IMG/VR virus record: IMGVR_UViG_3300045007_000250
Span: 22,921 to 86,920 of that record
Source: a virus
Length of the DNA: 64,000 nucleotides
Direction: 5' to 3' (one strand)
Position 1 is the stretch's first letter. Each line of letters opens with the position of its first letter. The position numbers and the translations under genes are program-made. The notes beneath the pieces were generated by a model. That model ran no database searches, had not been told where the DNA came from, and saw nothing but the letters and a program-made list of their open reading frames with translations. Shown one piece after another: positions 9,194 through 18,403 of the stretch.

Positions 9194-9939
9194 TGGGACG
9201 CAAGCCTTTCATGGAAGGGAGCAACGCGGAGATCACTTTGGCTCCCGAAGCCGTAGCATCTCTCCGCACGGAAGCGGCTCGCCTGGCGTGTGTGGTGGAA
9301 GAGACCTACTTTGACCTTGGACACGTCCTCTTGGACATCGCCCGGTCCACCTGCTACAAGGCGTGGGGCTTCAAGGACTTCGACACCTACGTTGAGAAGG
9401 AGTTGTCTTTTCAGCGTCGGAAGGCGTACTACCTCATACTCATTTATGACCAAGCGACGGAGCTTGGCTTGACGATGGAAGACCTTGCCGGGATCGGGTG
9501 GAGCAAGGCCAAGGAAATTCTCGCCTACGTTCATACGCGGGCTGACTTTGACGTGTGGGCGGCGAGGGCCAGAAAGATGAGCCTGCGGGAACTGATTGAC
9601 GCCATCCGAATCGCCCGCGGGGTCGGTCCGAAGCCGGAGCACCCCATTTCGGAGCATCCCGTCACCGGTGAAACTCTGCACACCATGACGTTCGCCCTCA
9701 CCGATGGGCAGTACGCCAACGTGATGCTGGCGATGGAGACGGCAAAGCGAATCGGCAAGACGGACAAGGATTCGCACGCCTTCGACCTGATTTGCCTTGA
9801 CTTCGCCTCTCACAATGCGGCAACCTCTGACTTGGCGGTGAAGCTGGCTCAGTGGTTCGTGACCACGCCGGACTTGGGGGATCGGATTGCGGCGGCGGTG
9901 AACGCTGGCGTGCTTGAGGAAGTGCCGCCGGGGAGCTAG
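9193..9939 (+). CDS. Hypothetical helical, probably DNA-binding protein
   Basis: LGHVLLDI..FDTYVEKELSF..RKAYYLI pattern of phage HTH-like proteins; GGAGG RBS. Confidence 0.6.
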   Translation: MGRKPFMEGSNAEITLAPEAVASLRTEAARLACVVEETYFDLGHVLLDIARSTCYKAWGFKDFDTYVEKELSFQRRKAYYLILIYDQATELGLTMEDLAGIGWSKAKEILAYVHTRADFDVWAARARKMSLRELIDAIRIARGVGPKPEHPISEHPVTGETLHTMTFALTDGQYANVMLAMETAKRIGKTDKDSHAFDLICLDFASHNAATSDLAVKLAQWFVTTPDLGDRIAAAVNAGVLEEVPPGS

Positions 9940-9955
9940 ACCGAGGGGGTGACGA

Positions 9956-10180
9956 ATGCCCTTGAGCGGACAAGTGTTGGGTCAGGCGATCATTGCGGCG
10001 GTGCAGGCTCCGCCGGACGCTCAACCGAAAATCTTGGCGATGGCGGAAGCCATCGTGCAGCACTTCATAACGAATGCGGTGGTGACGGTCCCTATCACGG
10101 GGACCGTCATTGCCACGGGAGCGATGGCCGGTGGTCCGGGTGTTCCTTGTGCGGGGACTGCCACTGGCACCGTTGGCTGA
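9956..10180 (+). CDS. Small putative virion (spike-associated type) protein
   Basis: MAEAIVQHFITNAVVTV..TATGTV pattern, Gly/Thr-rich; GAGGGGG RBS. Confidence 0.55.
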   Translation: MPLSGQVLGQAIIAAVQAPPDAQPKILAMAEAIVQHFITNAVVTVPITGTVIATGAMAGGPGVPCAGTATGTVG

Positions 10181-10250
10181 AATCTCTTGCGGGCGTGGTT
10201 GTTTTGCTTTAGCATGTTGACAGAACATTCTTGTCCGCGGGGGTGTGTGA

Positions 10251-11324
10251 ATGGCCGGAAAAGGACGTGCAAGCGGAGCAGCGGGTGGTGGCGGTGGTCC
10301 GACCCGCGAGCAGATTGAAGAAAAAGAGCGGGCGGCAGCGCAGATCGCCGAAGAGCAGCGTGCTCGTGAAGAGTTGATGCGTCGGCAAGAGGCCGAAGCC
10401 AGAGCGCGGGCGCAGGCTGCGGCGCAAGCGGCGCAAGCGGATCGGGCTTTCCAGCAAGCCTACACTCGTTTCGTTTCGCATGAAACCATTACGGGCGCGG
10501 CGCGTGATCGTGGTGTACCCCCCGAATTGCGAAAACAGTTCGTGGGGAACGTCCGTGGGATGCGCGATCAGGTGATGAAGGAAAAACCCGCGAGCATCAT
10601 TGCAAAATTCCGGGCCGATGGGCATACGGTGGACGCTCATGGTGTGTCGGATCGGCGGTTGCGGCAGGCGCTAACCGAAGGCGGGATCAAGCCCATTCGT
10701 GGTGTCACCGCTGCGGAACAGTTGGCGGCTATCTCCGGTATTGCGGGGGTTGGTTTGCGTGGGTGGAATTTTACCATTTCGGGAGCGGGGGACTCTCTTC
10801 TTGTGAGCGGCAAGGGTCCGAGTGGCGGGAGCGTGAGCTATGCCATCTCGAAGGTGTGGAACGCGGAGGCGGGACGTGCCACTCCCATGCTCGGTTATGG
10901 CGGCTTTTTTCCCGGACAGCAGCGCGGCGCGGGTGTGAGTTATTCCGCTATGCCGCGTATGTTTATCATGGCGCGGGCTTCTGGCATTCACGGGTTGGGC
11001 TTTCTCGCTGGTACTGGTGGTAACATGACCGGGGCGGTTGCTTGGCCTTTGATGGGCGCTCGCTTTTTGAATCCTACAGAGGCGCGTGGCGCAATGGAAT
11101 ACATGGCGCGGGCCACGGGGAATCGCCAGTGGTTGCGGTTGCGCGATCCGCGTGACATGATTGGAAAGGATCGGCTGGTGCGTGAGTGGAAACAGCACGC
11201 TCGCAATCTTCCGTCAATGCCGGAGATGGGGCTGAGTTTGCTTGGTCCGCAAGCGCGTGTGGACGGGAAGTATTTGAACAAGTCAACTCTCGAATCGGCG
11301 TATCGCATGATTCGTAGGATGTAG
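10251..11324 (+). CDS. Gly-rich-leader protein with coiled coil and putative C-terminal GNAT acetyltransferase domain
   Basis: N-terminus MAGKGRASGAAGGGGG; E/A/Q/R coiled coil; QQRGAG (motif A-like) and NMTGAVAWPLMG (motif B-like). Confidence 0.55.
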   Translation: MAGKGRASGAAGGGGGPTREQIEEKERAAAQIAEEQRAREELMRRQEAEARARAQAAAQAAQADRAFQQAYTRFVSHETITGAARDRGVPPELRKQFVGNVRGMRDQVMKEKPASIIAKFRADGHTVDAHGVSDRRLRQALTEGGIKPIRGVTAAEQLAAISGIAGVGLRGWNFTISGAGDSLLVSGKGPSGGSVSYAISKVWNAEAGRATPMLGYGGFFPGQQRGAGVSYSAMPRMFIMARASGIHGLGFLAGTGGNMTGAVAWPLMGARFLNPTEARGAMEYMARATGNRQWLRLRDPRDMIGKDRLVREWKQHARNLPSMPEMGLSLLGPQARVDGKYLNKSTLESAYRMIRRM

Positions 11325-11334
11325 GGGAGAAAAG

Positions 11335-11541
11335 ATGGCTCCGAAAAATGGCGAAGTGATGCCGTGGAATCTTTCCGGGTTGAAACGGGGAAAGCCGGAA
11401 AAACCGCGTGGTATTTCTCCCGATGCCGCGGACACACTCATTCAGAATCCGCGGGATTTGCTGAATGACTCGAATCCGGGGATCAGGAAGGCCGCACAGC
11501 GGGCCGTGGAGCTTGCGGATCGGGTCAAGAAGGGGAAATAG
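11335..11541 (+). CDS. Small basic hypothetical protein
   Basis: GGGGAG RBS; fills the gap between two coupled genes. Confidence 0.6.
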   Translation: MAPKNGEVMPWNLSGLKRGKPEKPRGISPDAADTLIQNPRDLLNDSNPGIRKAAQRAVELADRVKKGK

Positions 11542-11544
11542 TGT

Positions 11545-12750
11545 GTGGGTTTCGACATAAACCAAAAACGTGATGCTGAGTATCGTCACACCTTTGCAGC
11601 CCGCGACTACGACTATTTACGAAATTGTAAAACCTGCCCGTTGAAAGAGCTTTGCGGTGGGTGGAGTGTCTGGAATGATGCTCGGTGGTGTGTTGGACCC
11701 GGAGAAGTGTGCGTTGGCGGGGAGTCCGGTAAGTGGGTGCATGGTTGCCGGGCTATCTGTTCCCGTTCCCCGGAGAAGGTGAGTTACCTGGCTACTCTCT
11801 TGGGTCAGGATCATTGCTTTCTCAATCCAGAATACAACCCTGAAAGCCCGGATGTGTGGAAGCGCGTGCAGTACCTTCCGCGGCTCTCCATCGTTGGGGA
11901 GCATCCGTGGGTGTCTTGGGAGTACGATTGGCCGGACGTTGGGTTTCAGGTGAACGCCCATGTAGAAGGGATTTACCAAGACCTCTACACCATTTCTTTG
12001 AAACATCTCTATTACCCGGATCGGGATTCGTGGTCCCCTCAGAAGGATGTACGGAAGCGTTTTCAGATACCCAAAGATTCAGCAGTGGCGATCACCACCA
12101 CGACCCACGATTTTCATTTGGATCGTCTCTGTGAGGACTTGGATTTGTGGGCGGATGAGATGGTGGAGTTTGAGGGGGTGGACTTCATCATTGCTCCGAA
12201 TCTTTCCGTGTACGACAACTACCCGCGTCTGGACAACCTTTTTCAGATCAAGCGCAAGTGGATCATGCTGGAAAAGCTGCAACGCCGCGGGGCGCTGGTG
12301 CTTCCCGACGTTTGCTTTGTAACTTCTGGCGATTTCAAGAATCAGGTGGCGTGGATGCGGGACAATCACTGTACCTGCATGATGATGAATTTTCAGGTGC
12401 AGGCGGTGACGACTACGACCCCGCAATGGCGTGCTCAGTTGAAGAACGCTCTCATGGTCCGCGACTTCTTGGGGTGGCCGGTGCAAATGCTTGCATACGG
12501 AGCCACGGGTGGGGACCGTATGGTGGAGATTGCCAAGCACTATCCCACCACGACGTTCCTTGACGCCAAGAGCTTCCGGCTGGCGGAGTTCCACCACGAT
12601 CTGTTCGGGGGGACGGACAAGACGAAGCTGGTGAAGGTGCAGTTTCGTGAGAACTGTGCCGCGATGATTGAGCGCGTGCGGAAGGCGAAGAAAGGATTTG
12701 CGCTCGGCGACGACCTGTGCGATAATGCGACAAACGGTGAGGATGAGTGA
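11545..12750 (+). CDS. DUF4417-like protein with Cys-rich N-terminal domain
   Basis: DFHLDRL..IAPNLSVYDNYP..N...RK....LQRRG..VLPDV matches the DUF4417 pattern as recalled; N-terminal CxxCx5CGG..C..C..CxxxC. Confidence 0.65.
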   Translation: MGFDINQKRDAEYRHTFAARDYDYLRNCKTCPLKELCGGWSVWNDARWCVGPGEVCVGGESGKWVHGCRAICSRSPEKVSYLATLLGQDHCFLNPEYNPESPDVWKRVQYLPRLSIVGEHPWVSWEYDWPDVGFQVNAHVEGIYQDLYTISLKHLYYPDRDSWSPQKDVRKRFQIPKDSAVAITTTTHDFHLDRLCEDLDLWADEMVEFEGVDFIIAPNLSVYDNYPRLDNLFQIKRKWIMLEKLQRRGALVLPDVCFVTSGDFKNQVAWMRDNHCTCMMMNFQVQAVTTTTPQWRAQLKNALMVRDFLGWPVQMLAYGATGGDRMVEIAKHYPTTTFLDAKSFRLAEFHHDLFGGTDKTKLVKVQFRENCAAMIERVRKAKKGFALGDDLCDNATNGEDE

Positions 12751-14168
12751 TGCCCGCTATTCTGGACCGCTGTGTAGCACACCTTCAAGCCCGCGGGGTA
12801 AGCACGTCTTCGTCCTACGCCATTTGCACGTCTTCTCTGCAACGCGCTGGCAAACTTCCCCGCGGAAAGTCCAAGAAAGAGCTTGAGGTTGAGTTCGGCG
12901 AGTGGTCCAAACGGGTACTGTTGCCTTCCGATTTTACTCTTTCCATGCAGATGATTTGGGAGCATTTTGCTCCCGGTGACGTGAATCTCTTGAAGGCTCT
13001 TCGCAAGGTATCGGTTCTGGATGAGGATTACTCCGATCAGACCGATCCCGTGAAGCGCAAGAGGGAGTTGGCTCGGAGGAAGCGCATTCTTGGCGAGGCG
13101 CGGTTGCACTCCAAGAACATCTCCATGAATCCGAAGGCGCTGGTGCGTATCGGGGATCATCCGGTGTGGTATGGTACGGTGGCGATCCATGAGGCGCAAC
13201 ATGCGGTGTACGGTTTTGGGGAGCACGAAGCAACCCGCGGGGAACAGCGGTGGCTTGGGAAGCTCTTTGCGGAGTATTCCTTGGATTTCGACAAACCGGC
13301 CATGATGCTCACGATGAGGGCCGCGGCAGTGGCTCAGGCGCAGAGGGAGAAGGACGTGCATCATGCGCACCGGGCCAAGGACTTTCACTTCTTGAACTCG
13401 GTGGGCTTCACTGCCCGTGCTGCTCGCAGGATTCTTGCCATTGGCCGGGCGATGGAGAAGTACCGGAAGTGGCATGTTCAACAGGAAGATGATGCTGCGA
13501 AGGATTATTACGACTTCATGGAAGGCGATCTTACGTGGATCGAAAGGACCGTGGACGCCGATCTTGAGGAAGCCTTCGGCGATTTGATTGAAAAGACCTT
13601 TTTTCCCGTTGTGCATGGGGTGGAGAGGTTGCTTGGCTCCGGTGCGGGCGGGTACGCGGACGCGGTGGACTCCAAGGGGGCGCGTGGCGGGCGGAATCCT
13701 TACATGGGAAGCCCGGCGGAGCGGCGTATTTCCACTGGTGGCGATGTGCCCGTGTCATCTGGTGTGTCGTCTCCAAGCCCTCCCTCCACTGTGCGGAATC
13801 CGTATGACGACCGGTACGATTACATGGTGACGGCGGACACGCCTACACCGTGGACTACGGTTGCGGGCATGATGGAGCGATACATCAATCGGTCCATCAC
13901 TCGGCGTGTGGGAAAGGAACTTCGTGGGCCTTTGGGCGTGGTTCCTGCCTTGCGTCGTGCCGGATGGGATGCCAAGAATCTTCCTGCTGAATGGAAGGAG
14001 AAACGCCTTGCTTCTCTGCGCGAATGCTTGCCTTCGTTGAAAACACAGGGGCTTTTTGATGAGGACGGGGAAGTGACGGACGCCCATCTTCTTTGCCTGC
14101 TCCATGCGTGGACCCCGGTGCCCCACTTGATCTTTGACGACGAAGCCCTAGACGTGGTTCTCGTCTGA
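12750..14168 (+). CDS. Hypothetical protein with zincin HExxH motif
   Basis: AIHEAQHAVYGFGEHEA at ~13182-13230; small N-terminal RCV...YAIC domain. Confidence 0.55.
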   Translation: MPAILDRCVAHLQARGVSTSSSYAICTSSLQRAGKLPRGKSKKELEVEFGEWSKRVLLPSDFTLSMQMIWEHFAPGDVNLLKALRKVSVLDEDYSDQTDPVKRKRELARRKRILGEARLHSKNISMNPKALVRIGDHPVWYGTVAIHEAQHAVYGFGEHEATRGEQRWLGKLFAEYSLDFDKPAMMLTMRAAAVAQAQREKDVHHAHRAKDFHFLNSVGFTARAARRILAIGRAMEKYRKWHVQQEDDAAKDYYDFMEGDLTWIERTVDADLEEAFGDLIEKTFFPVVHGVERLLGSGAGGYADAVDSKGARGGRNPYMGSPAERRISTGGDVPVSSGVSSPSPPSTVRNPYDDRYDYMVTADTPTPWTTVAGMMERYINRSITRRVGKELRGPLGVVPALRRAGWDAKNLPAEWKEKRLASLRECLPSLKTQGLFDEDGEVTDAHLLCLLHAWTPVPHLIFDDEALDVVLV

Positions 14169-14183
14169 TCCCACAATTAGTAG

Positions 14184-14213
14184 TTGCATATTCCTCTTTT
14201 GGCGTGTTATGAT
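14184..14213 (+). promoter_or_regulatory. sigma70-type promoter, GGCGTGT class
   Basis: TTGCAT-18 nt (..GGCGTGT)-TATGAT upstream of the ParB-terminase genes. Confidence 0.7.
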
Positions 14214-14240
14214 TTCGGCGGATGTTTTTGAGGATGCATC

Positions 14241-15221
14241 ATGCCGAAGAAAAAGGTTGTCAATGTTTCTGAGCCAAGGACGGAAGCCCCGGCTGTTCCG
14301 GTCGAAAAGAAGAGTCGCTTGTCTCGCCTTCCATTTCGGGGACGCATCGCCGCCCGTCCTGTTCCCGAAGAGCTTGGCGAACCTGGGACAGCGCATAAGG
14401 ATACTGCGTGGCTTGACGAGGGTTTCCTTCCCCCCGATTCTCTGGCGAGTACGCCGGAATCCATGAAGCTGCCCGGCACCTTGGCCGACATTTCCTTGGT
14501 GAAGCTCAGGCCGAACACATGGAATCCGAACAGGATGACCAACAAGACGTTTGATTTGTTGGTGCGCCGGATGCGTGAGGCGGGGTGCTTGCAGCCGATT
14601 CGTGTGTGGCTTGACCCCGCGGATGGCATGTACGAGATTGTGGACGGGTTTCACCGATTCAAAGCCGCTGGCATCTTGGGGTGGGAGACCATTCCCGCGC
14701 TGGTGTTTCCTGAAAAGTGGGACGATCCCGATTTGCGGGTGTTCACCGGCATGACGCTCAATAACGTCCACGGACAGAACGATCCTGTGGAGTTTTTGAA
14801 GCTCTACAACCAGTTGCTTCCGAAGTACCCGGACAAAGAGTTGCAAGACCTCATGGGCTTTGCGGAGCGAACCAAGTGGAAGATTCTTACCAAGGGCATC
14901 ATGGAGGGACTGCCAAAGGGGATGAGGAAGGCGTTTGGTGAGCGGGTGAAGGACGCCACTGCGGATGAGTTGGGCGGCATCCTGCAAGAGTTGATGGCGC
15001 ACTACGGCAATGATCTGCGTTTCAATTTCATGGTCTTCACGCTGGACGGCGTGGAGAATGTGTGGATTCGGTGTCTTCCCGAAACAATGCAAGGGATTGC
15101 ACAACTCGCGGAGAAATGCCGGGAGAGCGGTGTGGACATAAACTATCCTCTCATGGATGGACTCACTCATGCGCTCAACAGCTTTACCGCGGAGCCGGAT
15201 AAGGAAACTGCCAGAGCATGA
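14241..15221 (+). CDS. ParB/Srx N-terminal domain protein
   Basis: LRPNTWNPN and EIVDGFHRFKAA motifs. Confidence 0.85.
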   Translation: MPKKKVVNVSEPRTEAPAVPVEKKSRLSRLPFRGRIAARPVPEELGEPGTAHKDTAWLDEGFLPPDSLASTPESMKLPGTLADISLVKLRPNTWNPNRMTNKTFDLLVRRMREAGCLQPIRVWLDPADGMYEIVDGFHRFKAAGILGWETIPALVFPEKWDDPDLRVFTGMTLNNVHGQNDPVEFLKLYNQLLPKYPDKELQDLMGFAERTKWKILTKGIMEGLPKGMRKAFGERVKDATADELGGILQELMAHYGNDLRFNFMVFTLDGVENVWIRCLPETMQGIAQLAEKCRESGVDINYPLMDGLTHALNSFTAEPDKETARA

Positions 15222-15997
15222 GTACGCGACCGCAAGTGCGAAGATCGAAGCAGTCAAAAAAGCCGGTGCCGAAGCAGGCGGTGACGCGGCTTCAAGACCT
15301 GCCCATTTACAATGTGCTCCTTGAAAAATTGCTCTCCGGTGTTTCTTGCAATCAGTTGGCGGGGTGGATCAAGGGGCAGGGGTTTTTTCCCGACGTGAAT
15401 ACCGAAGCTCTGCGAAAGGCGCTTGACCGTCTTCGTCGTGCCGAGCAGAGGGCGCATCCCCCGTTGGCTCCGACGTTGAGTAATCCCGTTCCGCAGCCTG
15501 TCACCGATGACGGAGCCGTGGAGATCAAGGAGACCAAACTTCTTCCACCGGAGATTGCGGCTTTGGAAGAGTTGGCGATGTTGCAACAGGACCGTATCAA
15601 CCTGCTCCACGATAATGAAAGGAAGATCAAACACCTTTTCCCGCAAGGAAGGGGGGAAGTTGCTGAACTGCGTGCGATACTACACACCCTTCTGGACAAG
15701 AAGCGAGAGCTTGGCACGCCGGGGTACGGTGGTCCGCAGCAACCCGCGCCGGAGCGTGGTGGTGATGTGAACCTGACCCTCCATGTTGGGCAACTCACCC
15801 AACAGACCATGACTGTGTTGGGAGACCCCGGATCGCGGCGGCGGGTGCTGGATGCGTTGCGGGCGTTGGGCACTAAGGGGGACTTGGACAGGCTGCTTTT
15901 GAAGAAGCGTCTTGGAGACAATGTTTTGTCCGAAGCCGGGCTGCTTGAGGACGGCGAAAAGAAAGAACCTGTAACGGTAGTGGTGGCTGGTCCATGA
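15218..15997 (+). CDS. Putative terminase small subunit
   Basis: Helical, HTH-like N-terminus; coupled directly to the large terminase. Confidence 0.55.
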   Translation: MSTRPQVRRSKQSKKPVPKQAVTRLQDLPIYNVLLEKLLSGVSCNQLAGWIKGQGFFPDVNTEALRKALDRLRRAEQRAHPPLAPTLSNPVPQPVTDDGAVEIKETKLLPPEIAALEELAMLQQDRINLLHDNERKIKHLFPQGRGEVAELRAILHTLLDKKRELGTPGYGGPQQPAPERGGDVNLTLHVGQLTQQTMTVLGDPGSRRRVLDALRALGTKGDLDRLLLKKRLGDNVLSEAGLLEDGEKKEPVTVVVAGP

Positions 15998-17832
15998 GCC
16001 CCCCTGAGACTCCTCTTCCGCCGCAACTCCTACCCGAAGAGGCGGAGATGCTTTCTCGCCTTTCGCCGGAAGAGCGGGAAGTTCTGCAAATGATCCTCTT
16101 GGGCAATGAGGATTTGCTGACCGCTATCTACGATCAGGAGTATGAAGAATCCCCGGTGGATGCTAAGACCTTTTTCACCGATCCTTATTACTTGGGTGTA
16201 ACCGGTGGAGACCTCTATCCGCAGGTGTTGGACGACCTTTGTGAGATTTTCAACCCGGAGAGGAATTATCTTGAAGTAATCCTTGGCGGAGCAATCGGAT
16301 GGGGAAAGAGCACTGAAGTTGAATTTGGTTTGCTTCGGTGCCTTTATGAGATTGCTTGCTTGCGTAATCCCCAGCGGTCCTTTGGTCTCATGGAAGGCTC
16401 GTCTATCGTCATCATCAACCTTTCGGTCACGGAGCAACAGGCGCGGAAGGCCATTTTTTCCGGTCTTCTGGCGAAGGTGCGGCAGTCTCCGTTTTTCAAG
16501 AACAACTTTGCCTATGATCCTACCGTAGTCTCGGAGCTTCGTTTCCCCAAAGGCATCACGGTGTTCCCCGGAGCTTCCACGGACAATTCCATTCTCGGTT
16601 TGAACGTCGTGGCCGGAGCGGTGGATGAAACCAACTTCATGCCCATCATGGAAGTACGGAAGACTGCTGGGGGAAGGTCCGCGGGCGTGTATGATAAGGC
16701 GGCGTCCTTGTATAACGCCATGATTCGTCGCATGAAGAGCCGCTTCCTTCGACATGGACGTTTGCCCGGCAAGATGTTTTCTCTTTCCAGTGCGCAGTAC
16801 CCCAACGATTTTATTGAGCGGAAGGTGCGGCAGGCGCTTTCCGACACGACCATTTTTGCCCGCCGATATGCCCTTTGGGACGTGAAGCGTGAACAGTTCT
16901 CTACGCAGACTTTTCCGGTGGAAGTCGGCACGGACCTTTCCGGTTCCCGTGTGCTTTACCCCGGAGATCAGCCGACCGGGAAAGTGATTGACGTTCCGGT
17001 GGACTTCCGACCTGATTTTGAAAAGGACTGTGACGGCTCTCTTCGTGACATTGCCGGGGTCAGCACGCTTACCGTGGATCAGTTCATCAAGGACTTCGGG
17101 AAGGTGGTGGAATGCGTCAATGAGAAGCGCCGCCACGCCTTCACTAAGGAGTTCACCACCCTTGAGGATGGGGCTAAACTTCGGCTTTCTACTCTGCTCA
17201 AGGAGAATCCTCAGAATCCGCGGTGGAAGCCGGTGCTCATTCACAATCCTGAATCCTTGCGAGTGGTTCACATTGACCCCTCGCTAACCCGCGACGCCAC
17301 CGGCATTGCCGTGGGGCACATTTCCGATATGGTGCGGGTGGTGCGGCGGCAGGATGATGGGACGGAGAAGGTGGAGTGGGCACCCTTCATCGTCTATGAC
17401 TTGCTGTTGCGTATTGTTCCACCGCGGCACCGGGAGATTCAGTACGACCGAATCCGCGACATTATTTATCGGCTGCAAGAGGTTGGGATGCGGATTGGGT
17501 TTGTGTCTATGGATAGCTTTCAAACGGCGGAGATGAGGCAACAGCTTACGCGGCGGCGCATTCCCAACGATGTGCTTTCGATTGACCGCACCACCGAACC
17601 ATACGAAATTCTCAAGGCGGCTTTGTATGAGAAGCGGGTGGACCTGTACCCCTACCCCGTTGCGATGAAGGAGCTTCGCCAGTTGGAGCATGACCGACTC
17701 AAGGGAAAGATTGACCACCCGGAGCATGGGTCCAAAGACGTGTCCGACGCGATGGCGGGCGTGGCTTATATTCTCACTTTGCACGCGGCTCGTTTCTATA
17801 AGCCCAAGGTGAGCGTAAGCACATTCGGTTGA
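15994..17832 (+). CDS. terL: Terminase large subunit
   Basis: Walker A GGAIGWGKS, Walker B AVDE, and RNase H-like nuclease motifs HIDPSLTRDATG, SMDSFQ and DHP..GSKDVSDA. Confidence 0.93.
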   Translation: MSPPETPLPPQLLPEEAEMLSRLSPEEREVLQMILLGNEDLLTAIYDQEYEESPVDAKTFFTDPYYLGVTGGDLYPQVLDDLCEIFNPERNYLEVILGGAIGWGKSTEVEFGLLRCLYEIACLRNPQRSFGLMEGSSIVIINLSVTEQQARKAIFSGLLAKVRQSPFFKNNFAYDPTVVSELRFPKGITVFPGASTDNSILGLNVVAGAVDETNFMPIMEVRKTAGGRSAGVYDKAASLYNAMIRRMKSRFLRHGRLPGKMFSLSSAQYPNDFIERKVRQALSDTTIFARRYALWDVKREQFSTQTFPVEVGTDLSGSRVLYPGDQPTGKVIDVPVDFRPDFEKDCDGSLRDIAGVSTLTVDQFIKDFGKVVECVNEKRRHAFTKEFTTLEDGAKLRLSTLLKENPQNPRWKPVLIHNPESLRVVHIDPSLTRDATGIAVGHISDMVRVVRRQDDGTEKVEWAPFIVYDLLLRIVPPRHREIQYDRIRDIIYRLQEVGMRIGFVSMDSFQTAEMRQQLTRRRIPNDVLSIDRTTEPYEILKAALYEKRVDLYPYPVAMKELRQLEHDRLKGKIDHPEHGSKDVSDAMAGVAYILTLHAARFYKPKVSVSTFG

Positions 17833-17893
17833 TTGTCTTTCCGACACGCCCTACTACCTGTGCCCGTCTTTCTTTCAGTGGCGCTTTTTTGTG

Positions 17894-17922
17894 TTGACAC
17901 GGCGGAAAAGGCGTGTTACGTT
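17894..17922 (+). promoter_or_regulatory. sigma70-type promoter, GGCGTGT class
   Basis: TTGACA-17 nt (..AAAAGGCGTGT)-TACGTT. Confidence 0.75.
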
Positions 17923-17972
17923 GATGGTGCCCGTTGGGAAAGCACCGTTCACAAAGAACGGGGTGGAGAAAG

Positions 17973-18383
17973 ATGAGCGACGTGAAGGAGAAGAAGCAGC
18001 AGCGATTGGCGGAGCGTTGGCGCACTCGGATTCTCGTGGAGCTTGGCACGATGACGGATGCGGCCTTGGCAAAGAAGTATTCCAAGAAGGTCGGATTCGT
18101 CATTGGGCGGCACACCATCTTCTATTTGCGCAAGGCCAATGGCATTCCGGCTTTTGAACAGCGGGCGTATTCGCCTCCGTCTTTCCGCGGTCGTTTGGAA
18201 GATGCGCACCCGGAGATCAAGGAGTTACTCGGTAAGGTGCCCGTGGTCGCGCTGGCGATGAGGTACGATGTGTCCCGGTCTTGCGTTCGGGCAGCGGCAC
18301 AACGCCTTGGGCTTCCGACCCGTGCGCAGAATTTCGACGATGTGATTGCCGCGGCAGAGGCTAAGGTACAAGCGACGGCGTAG
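17973..18383 (+). CDS. Tandem HTH-like DNA-binding protein
   Basis: Two repeats, LGTMTDAALAKKY..R and LGKVPVVALAMRYDVSRS. Confidence 0.65.
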   Translation: MSDVKEKKQQRLAERWRTRILVELGTMTDAALAKKYSKKVGFVIGRHTIFYLRKANGIPAFEQRAYSPPSFRGRLEDAHPEIKELLGKVPVVALAMRYDVSRSCVRAAAQRLGLPTRAQNFDDVIAAAEAKVQATA

Positions 18384-18403
18384 GCTCAAGTCAAGAAGCA
18401 AGA

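Noticed and set aside
10217-10250. TTGACA upstream of the Gly-leader gene as a promoter
   Set aside because: No acceptable -10 hexamer at 16-18 nt spacing.
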